The notes under the pieces are model-generated. The model was not told the origin of the DNA. It was given only the letters and a program-made list of their open reading frames with translations, and made no database searches. Positions 10,184 to 18,818 of a stretch of 64,000 bases of DNA are shown here, piece after piece (positions within the stretch are counted from its first letter, which is position 1; each line of letters starts with the position of its first letter). Both the position numbers and the translations under genes were made by a program. The stretch is from Candidatus Limnocylindrales bacterium (lineage in GTDB: Bacteria; Moduliflexota; Moduliflexia; Moduliflexales; JAUQPW01): assembly GCA_035559535.1 (NCBI GenBank), contig DATMBG010000012.1, forward strand, positions 124,001-188,000, read 5' to 3'.

Positions 10184-10304
10184 TCGGCCCCAAGAGCTCT
10201 GTTTGAGGATAGGGTTTTCCCGGAACAGGAGGAAAGGGTTAGAATAAAGAGCTACTCTTGTATAAGAAAGAGCCCTGGAAGGCCACCCCGATACTTATTT
10301 TCTT

Positions 10305-10333
10305 AGTAGGGCGAGACATCGCTTCGCCCTACT
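10305..10333. repeat. GTAG-type REP hairpin between convergent genes; possible bidirectional terminator
   Basis: AGTAGGGCGA-9 nt-TCGCCCTACT, perfect 10-bp stem. Confidence 0.7.
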
Positions 10334-10339
10334 TGGGGG

Positions 10340-11227
10340 TCATGTCCGCAGGCCCGAGAAAAAAGAAATAATCTCTCGATTTGCCAGTTCGGGTTGTTCG
10401 TAGTGTACGAAATGCCCGGCCTCTTCAGCAGGGTCAAAGCGATAATTCATAAAGTAATCTCCAAGACGATCGGCCCATTCCACTTTAAGCACTTTATCAC
10501 TGACCCCCCAAAGTACCCGGGTTGGAGTCTCGATTTTCGGTAGTTTGGGTGGGCCATGGCGGATAATCTCTGTTCTGGCTTTATGGGCACTGATATACCA
10601 GTTGAATCCACCCTGGAGGTTACCCGGTCTCATAAAGTTATCGATCCAGGCATCGAAGTCTTCATCAAAGGAACCAGCTTTATGGGCCCAATGATCCAGG
10701 AAGTGGCGAAAGTAGATTTCGCAGGTTTGTCTGCTGAAACCGACTAAAGAAGCTGCCCAGGGTTGTTGATGGAAGGATTGATACCAGATTTCTTTGAGAT
10801 GATCTGGATCCGCCCAACGCTGGCCGATTCCCGGATAAGGGCAGTTGAAAAAGAATAGCCCCAGGAGACGGTTCGAATATTTCCGGGCAAAAGCCTGAGC
10901 CACATAAGCGCCCACGTCGTGGCTGACAATTCCGAATTTATCTAAACCCAGGGCATCCGCCAACCCCTGCAGGTCTTCAACTAAAACTTCCAGTCCATAA
11001 AGATTGAGGTTTCGCACATCCGGTTTCTCGGTATCTCCAAATCCCCGTAAATCTGGAACGATTACATCAAAATGCTCTGCCAGGGGTAAGATGTTCTTCC
11101 GCCAGGTTAACCAGAATTCTGGCCAGCCATGCAGAAGCACAAGGGAGATCCCTGAACCGTGGCGAACATAGTGAATTTTAATGCCGTTTGCCTGAATATA
11201 ATGGTGGTTCCAGGCGGATTCTCTCAT
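10340..11227 (-). CDS. Alpha/beta hydrolase, epoxide hydrolase/fluoroacetate dehalogenase-like
   Basis: LLHGWPE, PDLRGFGDT, Asp nucleophile SHDVGA, AGHFVHYEQP. Confidence 0.9.
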   Translation of the reverse strand: MRESAWNHHYIQANGIKIHYVRHGSGISLVLLHGWPEFWLTWRKNILPLAEHFDVIVPDLRGFGDTEKPDVRNLNLYGLEVLVEDLQGLADALGLDKFGIVSHDVGAYVAQAFARKYSNRLLGLFFFNCPYPGIGQRWADPDHLKEIWYQSFHQQPWAASLVGFSRQTCEIYFRHFLDHWAHKAGSFDEDFDAWIDNFMRPGNLQGGFNWYISAHKARTEIIRHGPPKLPKIETPTRVLWGVSDKVLKVEWADRLGDYFMNYRFDPAEEAGHFVHYEQPELANREIISFFSGLRT

Positions 11228-11544
11228 GGTTAATCTCCTTTTTTTATTTATTGTTTTTTACTGTAAATATCATCCTCTTTACCCACTCCTTTCTTCAAGG
11301 ATGAAGGATAGACCAAAGAGGGTCAAGGGAAAATTCAGGGAAAAGGAGGTTTTTCTTGGGATGGGTGGAGCTATTTGACCCCTTAATATTTCTCTTCTCC
11401 ATACCGGCTTAGGGTTATGAAATACTTCAAATATAGTGATTTTTTATAATGACATGGCTAAGGTTCAGAAGTATTTTACAGAATAACAAAAATGGAAGAA
11501 GGTAGTAAGGATACTCAACCAAATACTAGATAGAAAGGACTCAT

Positions 11545-11754
11545 ATGTTTAGTAATGAAGAATTTGAAAACCAAATAAAACTATATCAGGAGTGGTGTGA
11601 AGAGCGTAACATTACAGAGGAAGAACAGGATATGATCTGGAACACGATGGCGATGATTTGCTTCAGGCATATTGTAAATAAACAAGGTGCATTTTACGAA
11701 GCTGTTAAGAACTTATTACCAGAAAATGAGGAAGATGACTTTGCTTCGCCCTAA
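11545..11754 (+). CDS. Small acidic hypothetical protein
   Basis: 69 aa with AAGGA RBS in an AT-rich context; no motif. Confidence 0.5.
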   Translation: MFSNEEFENQIKLYQEWCEERNITEEEQDMIWNTMAMICFRHIVNKQGAFYEAVKNLLPENEEDDFASP

Positions 11755-11932
11755 TCGCACTTCTGAGGTCTTGAAGGTTTTCGATCTGCATGGGAGCGGA
11801 ACGTCATCCGAAAGGAAAAGTATCTGGATGACCGGCAGGCACCTGGGCTATGGCCTTACGGCATAATTCCTATAAGGGAAAAGAGCAAGTTTTAAGCCAG
11901 TTTCTGATACCCATTTACCTTTCATGAAATGG

Positions 11933-11953
11933 GGGCAGGTTTCAAACCTGCCC
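11933..11953. repeat. REP-like palindrome GGGCAGGTTTCAAACCTGCCC
   Basis: Perfect hairpin, near-identical to 46945-46967. Confidence 0.75.
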
Positions 11954-12016
11954 TCACATGGAAACTCTGGGATGGCTCATGGGTATGAGATAGCGAAGGG
12001 GTATGGAGGGAAGATT

Positions 12017-13510
12017 TTAGCCTTCCGAAGGTTTTCTCTGGAGTAAGGATATAAACAGGGGGAACAGCCAAACGAGGATGGTGAGAACTCCCAGGATGGC
12101 ACTGATGGGGCGGGAGAAGAAGAGGGTTAAGTCCCATCCGGTTTTAATCATGCTGATCATAAAGTTTTGTTCGACTATCGGGCCCAGGACCAAACCGAGA
12201 ACCACCGGTGCTACGGGGATTCCATTAGCCTCCAGGAAATATCCCACAAGTCCCATAACCAACATAACTCCCACATCAAACAGGCTATTATTAATGGCAA
12301 AAGAACCTACAATAGAGAACAACAAGATCAGGGGCATCAAAATATTTCGGGAAGCCCGGAGCATCTGGCTGCTGAATTTTATGGCCAGGTATCCAAAGGG
12401 GATCATGAGGAGGTTGGCCAGGATGAAAGTAATATAAACTGCGTAGATGATCTCCGGTTGCCTTTCAAAGATCGTGGGACCCGGGCGAAAACCCTTCATG
12501 AAGAGAACGCCGATGACGATGGCGGTGATAGAATCCCCTGGAATTCCAAAGACGAGGGCAGGGACCCAGGCTCCTGCCAGGCAGGAATTATTAGCGGTTC
12601 CCGCATCGATGATCGGTTCAATATGTCCTTTCCCGAACTTCTCCGGCTCTTTGGAGAACTTTTGGCTGACCGCATAGGCAATCCAGGCTGCAATATCCGC
12701 CCCGGCTCCAGGGAGAATCCCGATAAAAGTACCGATCAATCCAGAACGGATCGTGTTTATTTTATATTTCTTTAAAAGCGTCCCCATCCCTTTGAAAATA
12801 CCTTTCACTTTAACTCTTACAATGGGATAGTCTATTTCCCCCTGAAGGACATTTCGAATGACTTCGGAAACTCCAAAGAGGCCGATCATGGCCGGAATGA
12901 AGTTGACTCCGTTGAGGAGTTCCACATTACCGAAGGTAAAACGGGGATAACCTAACGTGATATCTACTCCGACGGTGGAGAGAAAAAGGCCGAGAAGGAG
13001 AGCTATGGCCCCCTTTAACTGAGATCCTCGGGAAACCATGACGCTGGCGCTCAGTCCCAGAACACCTAACCAGAAGTACTCATAGGAGGTGAAGTTAAGG
13101 GCAAATTCGGCCAGGAGCGGGGCAGCGATCATGAGGATGAAAGCCCCTATTAATCCCCCAATGACGGAAAATACGACATCTGCCCCGAGAACCTGCTCCG
13201 CTTTCCCCTGTTTAGTAAGCTCATAGGAGTCGTCTGTATAAGCCGCTGAAGAAGGGGTTCCCGGCATACGAACCAGTGCCGCCGGAATATCCCCGGCAAA
13301 AATAGCCATCGCTTCCATAGTGACAATCGCTCCCAGGGCAGGAACTGGATCCATGAAGAAGGTGAAGGGAATCAGAAGCGCAGTAGCCATAGTGGCCGTA
13401 AGACCCGGCATCGCTCCGATGAACAGACCGTAAACAGCCGAAAGTATCATGACCATGAGAACATAAGGACTTGATAATAACAAAAGCGCTTGAAGAATAT
13501 GGTCAAGCAT
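12017..13510 (-). CDS. tctA: Tripartite tricarboxylate transporter large permease
   Basis: GAMPGLTATM, MPGTPSSA, GILPGAGA, FGIPGDSITA motifs; last gene of tctC-tctB-tctA. Confidence 0.93.
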   Translation of the reverse strand: MLDHILQALLLLSSPYVLMVMILSAVYGLFIGAMPGLTATMATALLIPFTFFMDPVPALGAIVTMEAMAIFAGDIPAALVRMPGTPSSAAYTDDSYELTKQGKAEQVLGADVVFSVIGGLIGAFILMIAAPLLAEFALNFTSYEYFWLGVLGLSASVMVSRGSQLKGAIALLLGLFLSTVGVDITLGYPRFTFGNVELLNGVNFIPAMIGLFGVSEVIRNVLQGEIDYPIVRVKVKGIFKGMGTLLKKYKINTIRSGLIGTFIGILPGAGADIAAWIAYAVSQKFSKEPEKFGKGHIEPIIDAGTANNSCLAGAWVPALVFGIPGDSITAIVIGVLFMKGFRPGPTIFERQPEIIYAVYITFILANLLMIPFGYLAIKFSSQMLRASRNILMPLILLFSIVGSFAINNSLFDVGVMLVMGLVGYFLEANGIPVAPVVLGLVLGPIVEQNFMISMIKTGWDLTLFFSRPISAILGVLTILVWLFPLFISLLQRKPSEG

Positions 13511-13607
13511 AATTCACATCATTTAATGGTAAATTGCAAATCGTAAATGAGGGGTTACCCACCAACAATAGATCTTCAATATACAATTTGCAATTTTCGG
13601 TTGTGTC

Positions 13608-14108
13608 CTACCAGCCTAAAAGGCCCCATGGGAGAGGAACTCTGAGGATCTTGGCAAATAGTATGTAAACCCCAACTGTCGATAAAAGGGAAACAATGCT
13701 GCTTTTCCAGATCGGAACTTTTAACTTTATCATCAATAAAGTTAGAAGAAGGAATCCTGTAATGAGAAATCCCAGGATCTCAACGAAAAAAATGTAAAAC
13801 GCAATGGCTGCAACCACACAAAGGGCATTGAGGAAACCTTGAGGAGAATAAGTTCTCTGCAACGGCAGGTCTTTGCCTTTATCTTGAGATGAGGCAAGAG
13901 GGTCTGTCCCCGAACGGCTTCGGGCTCTCAAGCTTTGGATCAAGAGAAAAGCTCCAAAAGCAATAAATAATCCGGCTAAGATGCCGGGAAACAGAGCCGG
14001 ACCCGGGTGTCCGTCATCCAATCTGGGAAAGTCTCGAATAAGGAAGAAAACAACACCTCCCCAAAGTATGGTTCCTATCCCAATCAAGATATTATTGTTA
14101 GCACCCAT
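13608..14108 (-). CDS. tctB: Tripartite tricarboxylate transporter small subunit
   Basis: GPALFP, four TM helices, C-terminal LRVPLPWG. Confidence 0.88.
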   Translation of the reverse strand: MGANNNILIGIGTILWGGVVFFLIRDFPRLDDGHPGPALFPGILAGLFIAFGAFLLIQSLRARSRSGTDPLASSQDKGKDLPLQRTYSPQGFLNALCVVAAIAFYIFFVEILGFLITGFLLLTLLMIKLKVPIWKSSIVSLLSTVGVYILFAKILRVPLPWGLLGW

Positions 14109-14151
14109 ACCTCAGCACCCATAAAAGAAGTATGATAGGGACATGGCCTCT

Positions 14152-15132
14152 TTACTTTATAATCCCTACGTCTTTCATAAGCTGGCCCATAGTTTTGTCC
14201 TGTTCGACAAGGAAAGGACCAAACTCACGGGCAGGTTTAAAGAGAATACCAAAACCGTTCTTGTTCATGAAATCGATAAATTCTTTATCCTGTACAATTT
14301 TCTCCAGGGACTTTTCCAGTACAGCCACGATCTCATCGGGAGTATCCTTTGGGACCATAATTCCTCTCCAGGCACCGATGGACCAATCAATCCCTTGTTC
14401 CTTCAACGTTGGCACATCGGGAAACGTGGGATTACGCGTTTCAGCCATAACCGCAAGGGCTTTAACTTTTCCAGCATCAATCAACGAGGCGGCCTCTGGG
14501 AGGCTACAGGGAACGACATCCACGCCTCCGGCGACCAACTCTTGTAAACCTGTAGCAGCACCGGTACTGGGAACCCACTGGACAGCATCCACTGGCAGCC
14601 CCATGGCTTTTTGCCACCCGGCCCTGGCCAAATCCCATATCCCACCTTTACCGGTCCCGGAAGCTTTCAACTTGCCCGGATTATTTTTGATGTATTCTCC
14701 CAACTCCTGGACACTTTTCCAGGGAGCATCAGCCCGTACGTTGATCGCCGCCGGATCGATATTCAGCAAGGCAACGGCTTTAAAGTCTTTATAGGTAACC
14801 TGGGCGAGGCCCATCCAATGCATCATGGTAAGCTCTGAAGTTACCATGGTGAGGGTGTAGCCATCAGGCCGAGCCGTAGCCCCTGCTGTGTGCCCTACGG
14901 CACCTCCTCCTCCCGTTCGATTGACCACCGTGACAGGCTGACCTAATTCCTTTTCCAGAAGAACGGCGATCATCCTGGCAACTCGGTCGGTTCCTCCTCC
15001 GGCAGCCCACGGGCAAATTAACGTGATAGGTCTCTCGGGATATGCCGCAAACGTGAATGGAACAGTAAGTATAAAACTTATGAGAAAAATAATCCAGAAA
15101 AACCAAATTTGTTTGATTTTTGTCATAAGCAT
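14152..15132 (-). CDS. tctC: Tripartite tricarboxylate transporter substrate-binding protein (Bug family)
   Basis: YPERPITLICPWAAGGGTD, NRTGGGGAVG, PDGYTL, PDVPTLKE. Confidence 0.93.
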   Translation of the reverse strand: MLMTKIKQIWFFWIIFLISFILTVPFTFAAYPERPITLICPWAAGGGTDRVARMIAVLLEKELGQPVTVVNRTGGGGAVGHTAGATARPDGYTLTMVTSELTMMHWMGLAQVTYKDFKAVALLNIDPAAINVRADAPWKSVQELGEYIKNNPGKLKASGTGKGGIWDLARAGWQKAMGLPVDAVQWVPSTGAATGLQELVAGGVDVVPCSLPEAASLIDAGKVKALAVMAETRNPTFPDVPTLKEQGIDWSIGAWRGIMVPKDTPDEIVAVLEKSLEKIVQDKEFIDFMNKNGFGILFKPAREFGPFLVEQDKTMGQLMKDVGIIK

Positions 15133-15253
15133 CTCTCCTCAGTCTTAGTATTTTTTCTTCCCTTTTTTGAATCTCCTTACCGCGGTTTTGGTTCTGAGAC
15201 TTAAGCTATCTAATAGCAACATCCCTCCAAACTGTCAAGGCTATAAGAATCCG

Positions 15254-15575
15254 GTATCTGATCTGTATCCATTTAGTATGGGGAAGAGGATATTCCCCCC
15301 CTGGCCCTCATACGCACCGGGTTAAACTGAAGAGTCCGGTCAGGGGCGAACTGTCGGTAGCCCCCAACACAAGTCGGAGGTTTCAGTCATTCAGAATTTT
15401 TTCAAGCTCAAACAGGTCACCCCGCTAGGGCTAACCTTCTTATCCTGGCGCGTAGGTCCTTGAGTGGGAGACTTCAGTAAGAACAATCCCTCCCCCCCCC
15501 TAACCTCTCTCCCAAGTTGGGGTTAGGGGCATAGGTGCCAGAATAAGAAGGTTGGCTCCAGCGGGGTAACCTGGG
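15254..15575. mobile_element. Nested mosaic: family A left end interrupted by a family B cassette (15309-15456), plus an inverted duplication
   Basis: ATCTGTATCCATTTAGTA matches family A; ends CATACGCACCGGGTTAA and rc CCTACGCGCCAGGATAAG match the 24378-24548 element; ~15413-15456 is an imperfect inverted copy of ~15530-15573. Confidence 0.7.
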
Positions 15576-15607
15576 GATAGCCTCTGGTACTCATTGCTCT
15601 TTATCTA

Positions 15608-15637
15608 TTGACAGAGAGGACCCTCCCCTTTTAAAAT
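15608..15637 (+). promoter_or_regulatory. Sigma70-type promoter for the Hfq-like/MTase operon
   Basis: TTGACA-N18-TAAAAT, ~45 nt upstream of ATG 15681; GAGGT RBS. Confidence 0.55.
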
Positions 15638-15680
15638 TTATTTTTAGTTTCTCTTAAAAAACGTTGAGGTACCTTGGATT

Positions 15681-16109
15681 ATGTTACTTACATCACAAAC
15701 CCCAATCATCATAAAGTTAACTAACCGAGAGACCTTGAGCGGTCTCTTTTTAAAACTGGATGAAAATAGTCTTTATATTCGGGATCAGGGACAGATCCGG
15801 GCTATTCCTTTCCTGGATATTCAGTATGGCTATCTTGTTCAAGAGCAAGAACTCGTCCAGAGAGCCCTTCGCCATATGAAGAACCTGGAAGGGGTTGATT
15901 TCAAACCCGGTAGCCTCAAAGTTCCCGACGGCTTTCTTCAAGATGCTATTATAAAGGGTTACCCCATTGGATTAACAACCCTGGATGGAACGGTCATCTC
16001 AGGGAAACTCCTTCAGTTCGATCCCCTCTGTCTCTTTTTGGAATTACGTAAGGGTGGTAAAATTTGGGTTTTCCGTTGCGCGCTCACGAGCTTTTATAAA
16101 ATTTTATGA
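15681..16109 (+). CDS. Tandem Sm/Hfq-like domain protein
   Basis: C-half PDGFL..YPIGLTTLDGTVISGKLLQFDPLCLFL..WVFRCALTS aligns by eye with Hfq QDPFL..[36 protein letters not shown]; N-half has a weaker Sm1 pattern. Confidence 0.65.
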   Translation: MLLTSQTPIIIKLTNRETLSGLFLKLDENSLYIRDQGQIRAIPFLDIQYGYLVQEQELVQRALRHMKNLEGVDFKPGSLKVPDGFLQDAIIKGYPIGLTTLDGTVISGKLLQFDPLCLFLELRKGGKIWVFRCALTSFYKIL

Positions 16110-18394
16110 ATCTTAAATCCCTGCGATCCCTGGTTCAGACTTGTAAAGGGTACCTGGAAGAAGATTTGAGCCGTCAGTTGGTAGGAACATGGAAAGATAG
16201 AGACCAGCAGATGCAGAGACGCAGGGACCCGGAGACATGGAACCATGCAAAGGGACTAATTCTTCCTTTGGCTCCGGAAGATTCCTGCCGGGCGGTCGAC
16301 CCGGCTGTTAAGACCTATGTGAAGGAACTTGCCCTGAGTTTTTTCCTTCAGCAGGTTATCTCCCATGTTTGGGAACAGATTTCTCTATCTCCGGGTTCCT
16401 GTATTTCTACCGTTTTGCCTTCTTCAATTACTCCTTCTGAGTCTACCTTAAAAAAGGTTCAGACCTGTCTGAGAGAAGGAATCTCATCTGCCGATTGGCA
16501 TCTTCCGGATATATTGGGCTGGATTTATCAATTCTTCATGGAGGAGACTGAGGAACAGATCCAAAAAGGCCAGTTTTATACCTATCCCTGGATAGGGAGT
16601 TATCTGGTCGAAAAAACTTTGAAAACTTTTTGGGAAGAAATCAAAGCGGGGCAACGGGATTTGAAGCGGGTTAAGGAAATCAAACTTTTAGATCCTGCTT
16701 GTGGTTGTGGAAGTTTGTTAATTCAAGCTTTTGAGGTATTTTATCAAATGTATCAAGAGGAAGGGGAAATTTCTGAAGGGGAGATACCTCGATATATTTT
16801 AAAGTACAATCTCTATGGAATCGACATAGATCCACTGGCCTGTCAATTGGCAACCCTGAACCTTTACCTCAAAGCTAAAGAAAAAGATCCTGGGTTTTCC
16901 ATGGAGACCCTCCCTATCCTTTGTGCGGATACTTTACTGGGAGAAGAGAGTCGGAGGGGAAGAATCCCTGAAATCGCCTATCAGATTGGAAGTTATATCC
17001 ATCAACTTTGCCAGGACTTTTCCTTTTCTACCCTTTGTTTCTCCCCCCCTCCCCTGCTCGCGGGGGAGCCCTCCCGTGGACGGGGGGAAGGGGGGCTTCT
17101 ACCGCAGATCCGGGGCAACGGACTACAGACCACGGATAGTGACCCACATGCTTTTTTCCGGCAGCGTTATGAGTGTATTGTTGGAAATCCTCCCTATGTG
17201 GTTATCAATCAGCTCAAAACTCCACCGGAGGTGGTTGCCAGATATAAACGGTATCGGTCTGCAACTTTCAAGATCAACACCTTTGCCCTCTTCCTCGAAC
17301 GGGGAATCGAACTTTTAGCTCCCAAGGGGCTCCTCAGCTATGTGGTCCCAAATACCCTATTCACCCAGGTTTACTTTGAAGCGTTGAGAAAATATCTTCT
17401 GGAGAAGACCCGAATTCTAGAAATCATGGATACCAAAGGTCTTTTTCAAAATGCCTTTGTAGAGAATTGTATTATTTCCCTGGAGCGAGAATCTCAAGAA
17501 GAACAGAGGAAAAATCAGGAAGTCCAGATCAAAGTCCCTCCTGCTGAGAATTTACGAATCCTCCAAGGTCCTGGAAACCCTGTTTTTTCCTGTTACCAGA
17601 CCCACACGATTCGGCAGAGTCAATTCTATAGGACTCCCGGTGCCCTGTTCAACATCTATCTTAAAGGTGCGGAGATTCAACTCATGGATAAAATCGAAGC
17701 CGGATGCTGGGCTCTGGGAGAAATCTGCGAAAGCCATGATGGGATCAATCCGGGAAATGTAAAACGAAAGTTGATTTCTACCCGGAAACTAACCGAACAT
17801 CATAAAAAGGTTTTAAATGGAAAGGATATCTGGCGATATGGGCTTCGGTGGAGCGGCCTGTACATTTGGTATGATCGGCGTATTCTGGAACCTGGAGATA
17901 ATATGCGATGGGGATCTGAGAGGGCTTTAAAGTCTGCAAAAATTCTTACCCGGCAAACAGCCGATCGAATCATCGGAACTTTCGATGAAGGGATCTATTA
18001 TGTTACAAATACCATTCACACCACCATTCTTCGAGAAGGGGTTCAGGGAGTTGATCTGAAATACATCCTGGCCCTGTTGAACTCCAAACTTCTTTCTTTC
18101 TACTATCGAAAATTGATTCCAGAAACCGGCCAGCTTTTTTCCCAGGTTAAGCTGGTTCATCTCAGAAAGTTACCTATCAAAAAGGTAGAACTCCAGGTTC
18201 AGAAGGAATTCGTAACGCTGGTAGACGCCCTTATGTCTGCCCATCAGGTTCCGATTAATCAGAGGAGTAGAGAAGAAATCCACCAGATTGACCTGTTGTT
18301 GGATCGGAAAGTTTATGAACTTTATGAATTAGAAGAAAGTGAAATTCAGCGCATAGAAGCAGCAGGGAAGATATCCCATAGCGAAGGGCAATAA
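16106..18394 (+). CDS. N6-adenine DNA methyltransferase with PglX/Eco57I-like core and TaqI-like C-terminal specificity domain
   Basis: ILGWIYQFF, GQFYT, LLDPACGCGSL (motif I), ILKYNLYGIDID, VGNPPY (motif IV), KILTRQT..YILALLNSKL..LRKLPI..VYELYEL. Confidence 0.88.
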   Translation: MNLKSLRSLVQTCKGYLEEDLSRQLVGTWKDRDQQMQRRRDPETWNHAKGLILPLAPEDSCRAVDPAVKTYVKELALSFFLQQVISHVWEQISLSPGSCISTVLPSSITPSESTLKKVQTCLREGISSADWHLPDILGWIYQFFMEETEEQIQKGQFYTYPWIGSYLVEKTLKTFWEEIKAGQRDLKRVKEIKLLDPACGCGSLLIQAFEVFYQMYQEEGEISEGEIPRYILKYNLYGIDIDPLACQLATLNLYLKAKEKDPGFSMETLPILCADTLLGEESRRGRIPEIAYQIGSYIHQLCQDFSFSTLCFSPPPLLAGEPSRGRGEGGLLPQIRGNGLQTTDSDPHAFFRQRYECIVGNPPYVVINQLKTPPEVVARYKRYRSATFKINTFALFLERGIELLAPKGLLSYVVPNTLFTQVYFEALRKYLLEKTRILEIMDTKGLFQNAFVENCIISLERESQEEQRKNQEVQIKVPPAENLRILQGPGNPVFSCYQTHTIRQSQFYRTPGALFNIYLKGAEIQLMDKIEAGCWALGEICESHDGINPGNVKRKLISTRKLTEHHKKVLNGKDIWRYGLRWSGLYIWYDRRILEPGDNMRWGSERALKSAKILTRQTADRIIGTFDEGIYYVTNTIHTTILREGVQGVDLKYILALLNSKLLSFYYRKLIPETGQLFSQVKLVHLRKLPIKKVELQVQKEFVTLVDALMSAHQVPINQRSREEIHQIDLLLDRKVYELYELEESEIQRIEAAGKISHSEGQ

Positions 18395-18506
18395 AGCTAA
18401 AAGGGAAGAATTCAGCTATGGCCGATTTAGCAATACTGTTGTTAATCCCCCACACGAAAGCCACGAAGATCAGGAATATATCTGCCAGTAAGTGTTTTTT
18501 TCCCAT
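18354..18506 (-). pseudogene. Truncated EamA/DMT transporter (first two TM helices only)
   Basis: MGKKHLLADIFLIFVAFVWGINNSIAKSAIAEFFPFSFIALRYGISSLLLL is a typical EamA N-terminus; similarity stops where the MTase 3' end begins. Confidence 0.75.
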
Positions 18507-18702
18507 ACGACTGCCCATCCTTTATATAATAAGCCGCCCTTTGGCTTAAGGATGAAAATTTTATTAAAATTTCCTTGCCAGAAACTGGGATTTTTTAATA
18601 AAATCGAAGAATCTAAAGCATATCCATTCGTCATGAAAAGGAGGTATCCTTGCATAGGAACGAAATATGAAGTTCGTATAACTTATCTAATTTAATAGAG
18701 GA

Positions 18703-18795
18703 ATATCATTACGAGGAGCGGAAGTGACAAAGTTATCTGTTTGAGAGAAATAAAATCCGGCAGATGAGGTTGTTTCTTTCGTCCCCTGTAATGTC
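18703..18795. repeat. Degenerate TCATTGCGAGGAGCG-type palindromic repeat
   Basis: ATCATTACGAGGAGCGGAAGTGAC...CGTCCCCTGTAATGTC; related remnant TGTCATTGCGGAAAAG..GAAGCAAT near 57619. Confidence 0.45.
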
Positions 18796-18818
18796 CGGGA
18801 TAAGAAGATTCCATTACC

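Noticed and set aside
11230-11880. AT-rich stretch with a 69-aa ORF as a prophage or island remnant
   Set aside because: No att site, integrase or recognisable motif; too little evidence
11922-12137. Short ORFs ending in or containing AGLKPAP (also 46857-47063)
   Set aside because: The shared peptide is the translation of a REP palindrome
12078-14838. Long antisense ORFs over tctA/tctC, and similar ones over tdh, kbl and the kinase
   Set aside because: Shadow frames of well-supported genes, with no motifs
16106-18394. Complete BREX or restriction-modification system
   Set aside because: No brxA/B/C, pglZ, brxL or nuclease gene or domain is visible
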